From Dipteris shenzhenensis (lineage: Eukaryota), in assembly GCA_047967505.1 (NCBI GenBank), contig CM106538.1: a stretch of 64,000 bases of DNA. One strand, 5' to 3'. The notes beneath the pieces were generated by a model. That model made no database searches. It was not told where the DNA came from and worked only from the letters and a program-made list of their open reading frames with translations. This document shows, one piece after another, positions 38,029 to 49,900 of this stretch (the first letter of the stretch is position 1; every line of letters starts with the position of its first letter). The translations under genes and the position numbers were made by a program.

Positions 38029-38911
38029 TTTTGATTAGCCTTCTCCTTTAGTGCTAGCCTTCGTCATGTCTGAGTCTGCTCTCACCTCCGGAGTGCAGAC
38101 CAAAACTCAGTACAAAGACTTTGTATAAATGGGTGCTCAAGTATGTGTGGGTGTGTGGATTTGTATGTGTGAGAGCATACGTTTATACTATGGTCTACAC
38201 CCAATCTTGGTCGTTGATGACGTCGATGGGGATGTCATAGTAGCTAGTCCGTGCTATGCATGGTGGAGTTTATGGTTTTCAACCTTATGAATGACTATCA
38301 TGAGATTGAAACTGCACTGTGTTGTGTTTTTAGAGGATGAGTTTGGGCATGTTTCTAGATTTATCGAGATATATGCTTTGCCGTATTAGCGGACGTGCAA
38401 ATTTCACCTCGTCAAGTTTTTGTCCATGTTGCGGCTTGCTGGTATTGCGATAATTCTTTCTATTTGAAGTGGTCAGCTGCCCCATCAGCTAGATTTAGTT
38501 GCACGGAGAGACTAAAATGAAATCGTTTAGTCTTTACAAGGAGTTATAGCTTGAATGAAGAGATTTTGGACGACTTTTTGATTAGCCTTTTCGTGTCGTG
38601 CTAGCTTGAGTCTACCCTTCACCTCCGGAGTGCCGACAGAAACTTAGTACGAAGACTTAAGATAAATGGATGCTCAAATATGTGTGGGTGTGTGGATTTG
38701 TATGTGTGAGAGAATATGTTTTTACTCTGGTCTACACCCATTGTTGGTTGCTGATGACGTCAATGGGGATGTCATAGTAGCTAGTCCTTGCTATTGTGAT
38801 GGAGTTTATGGTTTTCAACCTTATGAGTGACTATCATGAGATTGAAACTGCAAAACGTTGTGTTTTTAGAGCATGAGTTTGGGCACATGTGCCTAGATTC
38901 ATCTAGATATA
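38029..38911 (+). repeat. Hairpin-rich repeat family, copies C (full ~547-nt unit) and D (partial), head-to-tail
   Basis: ttttgattagcc at 38029 and 38576; tgatgacgtc at 38215 and 38752; D ends at ctagatata. Confidence 0.93.
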
Positions 38912-39755
38912 CACTGCTCAGGTAGCTCGTGGTGGTTGTTCTGACAGAGGAAGGCTATGTCCCGGCTTGTTTGCAAAACAGAGCACTTCATACATCGAGC
39001 TCAAGGTGGCAACAAATCCTTGCGACGTGATAGTTAAAGCGCTGATCATGCGACATGAATGAGCTATAAAGTGTGTGTATATTCAAGTAACTGAGACAAG
39101 ATAGGATTTTGCTCTCATAGGTATTAGTGGAACTGGAAAAGATTTTTCCTTGAGCTCTCTCCCTCCTGAAGCACACTTGGAGTGGTTTTGAATAGAAAGA
39201 GCCCAAAGACTACGATCGGAACGTGGAGGCAAACAAAAAGTGGCAGGAGATTGATCTTCTTCATGCTTGGAATAGCAACAGTTCTCTTGATAGTGAGTAT
39301 AAGTGAATAGCTATATAGACTTGGTAGCGAGTTAATTGAAGATATGTATATGATCTTAGCTATTAGCCTACTTGACTATGATTCGTAAAGCAAACTGAAG
39401 CCTCTCTCTCTCTCTTCTCTTTTCTCTTTTTGTTCTCATCTCCTTGTGAAGTTTGGGTTGCAAAACTATGTCCACCAGTTCTTCCATTCAAAGAGCAATC
39501 GGTTGCCCTTGTAACATGTTTGCATCTCTCACGACTCCAGTGCGAGCTAGGCAGGGATCCTTCTTGAATTCAAAAGTCCTTTCACAGGGTGGTCAATTCT
39601 GTTTAGCTCTACTTACCAAACTTCCGAAACGGAGGATCGATCCTCAAATTTCACGTTCAGTCAGTCACATCAGCTTCACCATCCTCGCATTCACGCCATA
39701 GCCCATAATTCTATTGTCCACTCTTTCCATTTTGTTGTCGCAGCATGATAAGCAT

Positions 39756-40008
39756 GATAAATGGATGCTCAAGTATGTGTGGGTGTTTGGATTTGTTAGT
39801 GTGAGAGCCTATTTTTATACTATGGTCTACACCCCCACTGTTGGTCCCTGATGACGTCAATGGGGATGTCATAGTAGCTAGTCCCTGCTATGCGTGATGA
39901 AGTTTATGGTTTTCAATCTTATGAGTGACTATCGTGAGATTGAAACTACACTATGTTGTGTTTTTAGAGGATGAGTTTGGGAATGTTCTTGGATTCATCT
40001 AGGTATAT
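39756..40008 (+). repeat. Hairpin-rich repeat family, copy E
   Basis: gataaatggatgctcaagtatgtgtgggtg...ctgatgacgtcaatggggatgtcatag...ggattcatctaggtatata. Confidence 0.9.
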
Positions 40009-40009
40009 A

Positions 40010-40400
40010 TTTCCATCCCTTGCACTGTGCACCATTTCTTGCTATCGTTGCCACTTATTGGTAATGGAGAATGGAGCAGCTTAAATCTCAGACAGTGAGA
40101 GTAGGCCATTTCATTGCAAAAGAGAAGATATTGTCCTTTACCTCGACACTCAACGTGAATGATGCCATGCTCATGAGTTGACGTGCATGATCCATAGGCC
40201 TTTGCTGACAGCAAGATAGAAGCAATGTTTGTCACTCGAAGGTTGTATAGGTCAAGTTGTTCATGATCCATAGCCAACTTGAAAAACATGATTCATGGAA
40301 GTTGCAGAAGCGAGAGGCATTAACTTTCAGCTTGAAAGCAGTGACTTCATGCACTCCATTTCTTCCCAAGATGCGATTTTGAAAGATCATGCGTATGATT
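40010..40400 (-). pseudogene. Decayed PPR-like remnant
   Basis: NIASILLSAKAYGSCTSTHEHGIIHVECRGKG..LFCNEMAY resembles the PLS-PPR TF.SILKAC....L..G..IH pattern. Confidence 0.3.
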
Positions 40401-41699
40401 CGAAGCTAGAGGGAAATTGTGGAACTTCCTTCAAAAGCAGCAACCTAGCTCCCAGCGTGCCCCTCCATCGCTCCCCTCTCAGCAATAGGCTAAACTACGC
40501 CTCTTGACAATTTTTTGAAAGGGAATACCTTGAAGGTGTTTTCGGGGTGCTATGATTGCAAAAACCTTGTGGTTTCGTTGGTGGTGTACAAGACAGCATC
40601 AATGCCACATTCTCTGCCGCTAGTCCTTTGGCCAGTTCGTGGAAGGAGTGGGGATATCTTTCCTAGATACGAAGTGCTGGAGTAGCATCAAATCTTGCTG
40701 ATGAGGGATCAATTCTACTACCATCAGTGCTTTCCTTGTGATTTTGAGTGGTAATGTGGAGGAGGCGAGGAGCATGAGGAAGGTGATGGAGGAGGAGGAT
40801 TGCTCTTAATCTATCCCTAGATTAGATCTTGAGCTCAAGGCAACGAAGGTAAGCCCTTGGAGCACAATTAGATCTGGTTCTATAGGCCAAGTGGTTTTTC
40901 AAAAGCAATCATCCCAAAATAAAGCACCATTGGATCTTTTGAAAGTGAACGCTTAAGATTGTGACACATGGCTTAATGAGAGCTCTAGAAGCCAAAACTT
41001 CCCTGTAGGGTGCGTACCTAAACACCTCAGATACAAGAAAGTTGGAAGATTAGAACTCTAAGAATTCTGTTATTATTCAACAGTATAGAAGCTCTAATTC
41101 AAACAATTGGGCCATTTGAGCGTGTTGACTATAGATGTGGATGGTTTATGCTACACTTTTTTCCGGAGTGTGTACTAGCGTAGAGAAAGAAAGAAAGAAA
41201 GAAAGAAAGTTTATTATAGTGTATGGAAGACCAATGGGTCAATGAGACTGATGTTACGATTGTATGATTCTTGGGCACTATCTCTTTGCTAAGCTTCCAC
41301 TGTGGGGAGCGTTGGCTATAGCAAGCACCTATCTTGTGAACTTGATGAGCCAGTTGAAGCCTTGGTGGTAGATCACCTACTTGAGAGATCATCTGGAGCT
41401 CATGGTTGAGGTTTTCTGGAGATACACTTGGGCTAAGAGATCTATGTGGTTCAGCCACTAGGGTCTCATTGCTCAGGATGGTTACTTGGCTGCAGATACT
41501 GTCTGAGAGAAGATGGGTTGAAACAGAACTCGGGAGTGTGGTACTTGGAAAGCTCCAGGCTGTCCTTAGTCTATGAGGGGGACAGCTGGATGATGGTTGT
41601 ACCAGGATTGCTCAAGATCACTGATGGGTTTGTGAGTCAAGATGGTGGTGCCATGGACTTGTGGTACTGCCAGGATTGTTCCTGTGTACCAGGGCGGTT

Positions 41700-42450
41700 G
41701 GATTGCACGGGACCGCAGACTTGGAGCAGCAGGAGCTGCGGGTTGAAAGGCCCATGAACAAGGTCTACTCCACCTTATTCCCGAGGGCTTCTCCATGGGA
41801 GCCAGCGGAGCATCTACATCAAGGTGGGAATTGGCCCACAATTGGTCGGTGAGAGGGGGTGTTGAAGTTATGTAGGTTAGCTCGGCATCTGTGAGTCCCC
41901 AAATGAGGAGAGCATCCAAGAGGGAGTCAGAGAAGCCATGTGGGCATCCACGGGCAGGGCTGCCACATGGACAGCATGCTAGCTGCCATGTGGGCAGCAA
42001 GGACTGCTTGAAAAGGTGCCAGATGGCTGTAAGTGGAGCAGCATCAGCCTGGAGCAGAAGAAAGCCTGCAAGGACAGCCAGATGGAGCTGTGATGGGCAG
42101 GTTGGAGGGCAGCAAGCATTGCTGGAGTTCTGTGCAGCATCCAGGACCAGAGTGGAGATGTTTGGAGGTGTGCAGAGGTATCTAATGTCTGCAAGCAGCA
42201 GAGGTTGCGCAGCAGTCTACAGCAAAAGGCGCATTTGATAGAAGCACTTTGGGAGCTGCAGGAGCAGGCGGGTCACCCAGGCAGGTTGGGGCAGTGCAGA
42301 ATCAAGTTTCATGAACACAGCAGTATTGCTCCTACAATGGGCCAGACAAGAGCAGCACATTAGGTCACCAGTCTGCAGGCTGGTCGGGTGGTGGATTCCA
42401 ACCTAAATTAAGAAAAGGTCATGCCTAAGACTCAGAAGGTTGGTTCTAAC
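41700..42450 (+). mobile_element. Decayed Copia 3' end: RNase H remnant, PPT and LTR starting at 41860
   Basis: ggagcatctacatcaaggtgggaattggcccacaattg...gagaggggg|tgttga parallels ggagcacctcatcagacgaatggggattcgcccacagttg...gagggggggg|tgttag at 29579-29640. Confidence 0.55.
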
Positions 42451-43911
42451 TAGTAGCTACAAAGCTAACCAATTTGTGAAAGGGTCTACACCTAAGAACT
42501 CTTGATACCTTGTAATCTCCACTCCCTACTACTCCATTTCGCAAAGCAAGGAATCTTATATAGAATATATAGGCCTTGCAGAAGTTGGTGCAAAAGCTAG
42601 AATGAAAGTCATGTGTGTACTGTTTCAATTTACGAGTGCATTATATTCAATGATTATAGTTTTTTTGCTAACGTGATGCTATCTGAGATTGGAGAGGGGC
42701 TAGAGCTTTTTATGAAGCTGACAACCAGAGCACAAATGGTGCAATAGGAGCCAGCTTGCTTTAGGTGGACTCTGTTTATCCAACACATCACGTAAGTCTC
42801 AGTGGACTGTGTTGTCCAAAAATCTATCCTTAACAGATGTCTTCTTTTGTACCGTGGTTGGAAATCTAAACCAGATGTGTATGCTTTGGGAGGAGTCGTT
42901 GATATATATTCTTGTATCGGAGTTGGAAATTGAACCAGGTGTGTATGCGGTATGAAGGATGTTTACCAGGGGCAATATCATCTCGTGGAACCACCATAAA
43001 ACAACACATCACTATAACACGAAGTTATATGTAAGATTGCAGCATATCAAGAGGCTTTTGAAAAGCTGACATTGCATGTCGCCTTATTGTTTTTTATATG
43101 GAGTTAGGTCAAGATCAAGACCACCTATGTTGGCTCTCCCACCTGATGTACTGTCTTGATTTTTCCACATCAAAAGACTATGCACAAGGATTTCTACATC
43201 CCTTACAGGATTCTTCACGATATTGAACTCGACTTACAGGAAAGACAATACGTCAACTTGAAAGCTTTGAAGTTGACAGAATGCAGCAAAGATGAAAGTA
43301 CTGAGTAGGACTCAGACTTTAAATGAGCGGGTGATAAAGAGCAATTATAAAGACATTTAGGTTGAAGCTGGTTGAGGGATGACATCTCTTTTGTTGAAGA
43401 CAGTGGGAAATAACATATCATGTATCATATTTCTAAGACACAATTTTGTTAATCGAAGATAATCTTTACACTTGGATTTTTGTGCGACCTCCCACATGTT
43501 ATATTTTCTCTCCTTTTTATTTGGATTTGTTGATGCTCTACCACCTGATGAACTGACTTTTCTTAAGAATTGAGCAGTGATGTACCTCTTATTTTCTCGT
43601 GAATCCAACATATCTTGCAGCTTTTTGTAGGTGTCACTTCATACCTTCACATAGCTAGATCTCAGATCGTCATAATTATGGTTTTAAAAAAGCAAGAGGT
43701 AAGCAGTTGGAATTAGTTTTCTGAAAGTTTGGCAGCTTCTCCTGCTTGAAGTTATCAGGATGAAGGTAACGCTTCTCAAAGAAGACATGTTGGTGTATTT
43801 GGTGAGTGTAGTGATAATATTGGATAAATAGAAATTCAACTGCAACATGGATTAAACATATGTATTAAGATACATGATGTACCCCCCCCCCCCCCCCCCC
43901 AAAAAAAAAAA

Positions 43912-46900
43912 GATTACTTCATTAAGTATGAATGAAAGCCGCAAGAGCAAGCTCAAATGTAGGAGTACATCATGTCATGCATGAGAGAAAAAACAGCTCA
44001 AAAAGAGCTAACAAAAATCCAAGGTGTAGGCTGAAAATGCCACCTCAACCCTGAAGAAGACTCAGAGAAGAACGGAGATCCTCTCCAAACTCTTTAAAAA
44101 AAATCTCTCCTGGCTTTAGCTACTCTAGAGGATCCCTGCATGCTCGCCTAGATGGCCATCAGTGTGTGTATAGTATCAGTCCATATACTTGCCATAGACT
44201 GGAAAGGGTGAACTTGTGAACCCTCCATCGCTTCCGTATGTCTAGCCCACCAAATATACCAAGTTGCAATGCTAGCCAAAAACTCCCAAGCTGTGTTTAC
44301 CGAGGCATAAGCAGCTCTGAAAGGAGTGAAAGGAACATCTTGGAGAGAGCATGACTCCACAAAGTGTCGTCGTATAATGAGGGATGAGTCTAAGTCATGT
44401 CCCTCGAAAAACACTTGAGGGCGAGTAAGAGATAATTATGTCACTGATCTCGAGGTCATGAAAAGGGTGTTTTATGAAATATGCAAAGAATCCTGGCAAC
44501 ATCCTTCCAGATTGTCCTCGCCTATCTGCACTCCCAAAGGCAATGCTGAAATGACTCAACTGTTGCGTGGCATCGAGGACAAGTAGGGTCATAACTGAAC
44601 CTGGATCTCCACAGGTTCATTGCAATCCCTCCATGAATAGAAAGCCAAAAGAAGAGAGTGATCCTTTTATTTCTGAGGGATTTCCAGAGCCTCCTCCAAA
44701 AGTTTTTCTGCATCTTTGCAGAAATATGAAAACTATCCCAATGAGGAGCTCTGGAGGGCCTCCAACCTCTACTGCTAAGCTGAAATCTCCTGGCATTTTT
44801 GACTGTGTAATGAAAGAAGGGGATGCTCTTCTCTCGGTGCCCTTCATCAATCCATTCCCCTGGGTCCCATTGCAAGAACTTAATGGGAGAACCACCATAT
44901 AACCATAGTCTCCAAGACCCAAGTGCCAGGAGAACAGGGTCAGGATCAAGATACCACTTTGAGTCCGTGCCCCACTCCATGTAACGTGCAAAACCTCCAA
45001 AAGAATATCATTTGAAGATCTGAGAAGTCTGCCTTTCGATTGAACATCAAAGACAAGGGTCTCTTTGTAGGCCATCTCCTGGTGGTTCTAGTGATGCCCT
45101 ATAAGCCATGGTATGTGCCTTGTAGGCATAAATAAAGGCACTTATAGTGTTAGTGCTTTTTAGGCCACATAGGACACTTAGTCCTATGTGACACCTAGGA
45201 CATTTAGTCCTAGGTCTAGGTACTTGTACCTTGTACCTCTCTTATTTTCTATATTCCTAGTTGACGTGACGGCTAAGTCTTGTACTACGTTTTGCTATCT
45301 GCACTCTCTCTTTCAAGCGATCCTACAGTGGTATCAGAGCCACGTTTAGATTCGTCACTTGCACCCGCTCCTTCATTCGTACAGTTGTACGGTACAGCTT
45401 CGTACCTGTTTTTGATTGCACTATGTACGTCCCTTGTATCTACGTCGTACAACGGTACGGTTCTGTACTGCTCCGCTTCGTGCTTCTTTGTACTACGTGC
45501 ATGCACCGTACAGTCGTTGTACTCACTCGCAGTACTTGCTATAGTCGTACGCTCTTCTTCGTGCCGTGCCACTGATTCCGTACATCGTACCTACGTTGTA
45601 TACCGTACATTGGATTTGCTTCGTACCTACGTTGCACTTTGTACAGGCACAATACATGTTCAGTACCTGCCATCGTACAAGCATCGTACCTGTTTTTTGT
45701 AATGTACTTTCGTACATTCACTGTACGGTGCTTCGTACAGCGTGTCCGAATCCGTACTAGCTAGCATTGGCTGTGAATACGGACATTGGCAGTTCTTGGG
45801 GCTTCTAGTTCTTTCCACCTTCTTTGGTTGCAATTTCTTGGAAGAACATTGGGGCTTTGGAGTTTGGTCTACAATCTCTTGTTTGTTTGCAGTACATTGG
45901 GTGAGATTGCAGGACATTGAGTCACTTTTGCAGGACATTGAGGCAGATTTGCATACATTGGGTCACATTTGCAAAAATTTCATCAAAATTTGGGGCTTTT
46001 TTGCATTTTCCCTCTTTTTGGCCTATTTGCCCTCAATAAATTTGGGGCTTTTGCCAGATTTGCTATTTTTGCAGTGAACATTGCCTGCCACAGTCACATT
46101 TGGATCAGATCTGCATTTGCCCTTTGATTTGGGTCAGATATTTGCAGATATTTGCTGTCATTTTTTGGACAGCCAGCTTTTTGCAGTGATAGCCTTGAGG
46201 CTTTTGGGTTTTCAGGTCTCTTTCAGGGTATCACATTTGCTATGATTGGGAATAATCAAGATCTATTTGGCGTTCTTCGTGAAGATGATAAGTTGGATGG
46301 CACCAACTATCCGATGTGGTCTTATCTCATGAAACATATTCTTGCTGCAAAGCATTTGTGGAATATTGTTTCTGGGGCTGATCTGAGGCCAGCCAATGCT
46401 ACAGTGGTTGCCTCTACTGGTGGTCCTTCTAGAGGGGGTACTCCTCCTGATGCCTCATCTTCTAGCACTCCTGATGCCTCATCTTCTAGCACTCCTGCAG
46501 CTGCTCGTCCAACTCAGGAACAATCTAGATGGGATGCAAGAGATGCAAATGCACATTCATGTATTGCTTTATCATGCAAAAGAATCATTATTCCACACAT
46601 CCGGTCTTGCAGGACAGCAAAGGACGCTTGGGATAAATTGGCTTCTCTCTATCAGATTTGCAATGAAGCTCGTGTTGCATATTTGAGAAGGCAATTACAG
46701 GAAGTCAGCATTAATGAAGGTGACTGTATGGATGCATACCTGACAAAGGTCAAGGACCTCATGGAACAGCTTGCCAACATTGATGAGGTGGTGCCAAATT
46801 CACAGCTTGTCAGTCCCACATTGAATGGACTGCGAGATACATATCAAGGGTTCGCTACAACCCTTCGATTAGTGGCCATGGGTAATCCAGACCACTATTC

Positions 46901-49900
46901 TTTTGATCAGCTAGTTACTTTGCTTTTGCAGGAAGAGCAAAGTAAAGCTAATAGACAAGCCATTATTCCTGATTATGCATTTGCTTCACAGTAGACAGGA
47001 AGAGGCAAGGCTTTTAAGCCTATGGGCAAGCCAAAATCTGCGCATAGCAGCTGCAATTCCTCCCATGCATCTAAAAATACAGCAGATAAGTCAAAGAAGA
47101 AAAGATGCAACTATTGTCGCAAGCCTGGACATGACATTTCAAAATGCAAGAAGCGCATTGCTTCGGAGAAAAAGAAAGCAGGATTGACAGTTAATGCCTC
47201 TCATGCTATTGAATCTCATGATCCAGAAGATGCTTCACATGCACATGCTCTTTAGGATGATTGGGCATGGGCTGTCCATTGCTCATTTGATCCCTCCAAA
47301 GCTGATGCACTCTTTACTGCTAATGATGCACAGTCCTGGTACTTTGATAGTGGTGCTTCCAAGCATGTGACATCTTGCAGACAGTTGTTTCACTCTTTAG
47401 CTGATGCACCTCGAGGGGGGACTGTCACATGTGGTGATAATGCTTCATATGCTGTAAAAGGAATTGAAGATGTGCAGCTCACATCCATTTCAAGCCATCC
47501 TGTCACTCTGACAAATGTTCTTTTTGTGCTTGGAACCGAAGTCAACTTGATTTCAATTTCAGCAATTGCCACGTCAGGTTTCAGAGTGATTTTTGATGGC
47601 TACAGATGCCTAGTTTATGGTCTTCGTGATGACAATGCCTAGTTTTTGATGGCTACAGATGCCTAGTTTATGATCTTCGTGAGCAATGGACAGCCCATGC
47701 TCTTTAGGATGATTGGGCATGGGCTGTCCATTGCTCATTTGATCCCTCCAAAGCTGATGCATTCTTTATTGCTAATGATGCTCAGTCGTGGTACTTTGAT
47801 AGTGGTGCTTCGAAGCATGTCACATCTTGTAGATAGTTGTTTCATTCTTTAGCTGATGCACCTCGAGGGGGGACTGTCACATGTGCTAATAGTGCTTCAT
47901 ATGCTGTAAAAGGAATTGGAGATGTGCAGCTCACATCCATTTCAAGCCATCCTGTTACTCTGACAAATGTTCTTTTTGTGCTTGGAATTGAAGTCAACTT
48001 GATTTCCATTTCAGCAATTGCCACTTCAGGTTTCAGAGTCCAGATGCCTAGTTTATGATCTTCGTGATGACAATGCCATAGTTCTCACTGGCACTTTGCA
48101 AAAGGGGCTTTATCACCTTGATCATCACTCAGCTGCACTTTCTATTGAAGCATTGGCTATTTCAGATTCACAGCTTGCTGAAACTCATCTTTGGCATGAG
48201 AGAATGGGCCATTACAATTATAGAGCTCTTGCAAAGCTACATTCATAGCAGATGGCAAATGATGTATCTCAAACTCACACAGTTTCCAAACATGTGTGTG
48301 AGGGTTGTCTTTTGGGTAAGATGCATCGGTTTCCTTTTCACACGAATTGTCCAAAACTCTCACAAAGGAAATTGCAGCTAGTGCACAGTGATGTCTGTGG
48401 CCCAATGAGGACAAATGCCATTGGGGGGCATAAGTATTTCATGCCTCTCATGGATGATTTCACAAGATATTGCTGGATATATTCTTTAAAAGCCAAATCT
48501 AAAGTTTTCTTATGCTTTCAGGAGTGGCTGAATATGGTTGAGAATGAATCAAGATGCAAGCTTGTCACCCTCAACACAGATAGGGGGGGAGAGTAAATGT
48601 CTAAGGAGTTTGATGCATTTCTGTCTTCACGGGGCATTATTCACTCATGCATTCACTCATGACTACTCCTTACACTCCTCAGCAGAACCCCGTGTCTGAA
48701 AGGAAAAACAGGTCCACAATGGAGATGGCCAGATGCATGCTTAAGGCCAAGTCTTTGCCCAATAAATTTTGGCTTGATGCAGTGATGTGTGCCAACTATG
48801 TGCTGAATAGATCACCTACACGGGCATTGAAGACTGTTACACCTTATGAAGCATGGAAAGGCAGGAAGCCTTCACTTTCACACATGAGAGTTTTTGGGTC
48901 TCTTGCATATATTCATGTACCATCTCAGTTGAGACATAAGCTTGATGATAAGGCAATCAAATGCATATTTATTGGTTACAGCCAGGAGAGCAGAGGGTAT
49001 CGGTTATACCAACCAAATACTGGGAAGATTATTGTCAGTAGAGATGTAATCTTTGCTGAACATTCAGCTTCTCCTCTTGTGGACTGCAAAGCTAAGCCAG
49101 ATGTTGACATGTTTGATGCCTTTGAATCTTGGTTAGCTCTGCCATCCTCAGAGGAGGGCTTTGACCAGCAACATGAGCCTCCTGCAGGCGCTCCACGAAG
49201 CAATAATCAGCCACTACCTCATGCTGATTTGCAAGTTTCTCCTTTGGCACGAAATGATCCCACTATTCATGATGCAGTCATTGAAGAAAGAGCTGTCAAT
49301 AGACAGCAAAGGCAAGTTAGCAGATGGCTTCTTGATACATTGAGGGACAGCAAACAAGATCAGCCTTTTGCTGCCTGGACAAGATTAGGGAATAGGCAGC
49401 ATGGTCAATTTCTTGAGTTTGCACTCCTTGCCACATCAAGCAATGAAGAACCTCTGTGTCGTAAAGATGCTTTTGACAGCAAAGAGTGGATGGATGCAAT
49501 GAGAGCTGAGTTACATTCCATTGCTAAAAAAGACACATGGGAATAAGTAGATCTCCCTCCAGGTAAGCATGCCATTGGAACCGGGTGGGTCTACAAATTA
49601 AAAAGGAAATCTGATGGCAGCATAGATCGATACAAAGCCCGTCTTGTTGCAAAAGGGTATGCCCAACAACAAGGCATTGACTTTGAGGAGACATTTGCTC
49701 CCACATCCAGGATTACTACCATTAGATGTGTCATTGCCATTGCAGCCCATCATCATTGGCAAGTGCACCAACTTGACATCAAGACTGCTTTTCTTCATGG
49801 GGATTTGCAGGAAGAAGTCTATGTCACACAACCTCCTGGCTTTGAGGTTGTTAATTCTGAAAATAAGGTATGCCGGCTTAGAAAAGCCCTTTATGGTTTG

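Noticed and set aside
38390-38430. Minus-strand minimal hammerhead (uugacga-ggu-gaaa...guc)
   Set aside because: The core is not conserved in copy A and no stem I pairing is possible
42700-43650. Additional NPG exon or nested gene in intron 2
   Set aside because: Exons 2 and 3 join in phase with contiguous NPG-family sequence, and the ORFs here are short and unrecognisable
47240-47270. In-frame TAG between Copia gag and protease as a programmed read-through site
   Set aside because: The related Copia appears to have CAA at the equivalent place (~16207) and this element has many other stops; a CAG-to-TAG mutation that predates the internal duplication explains it
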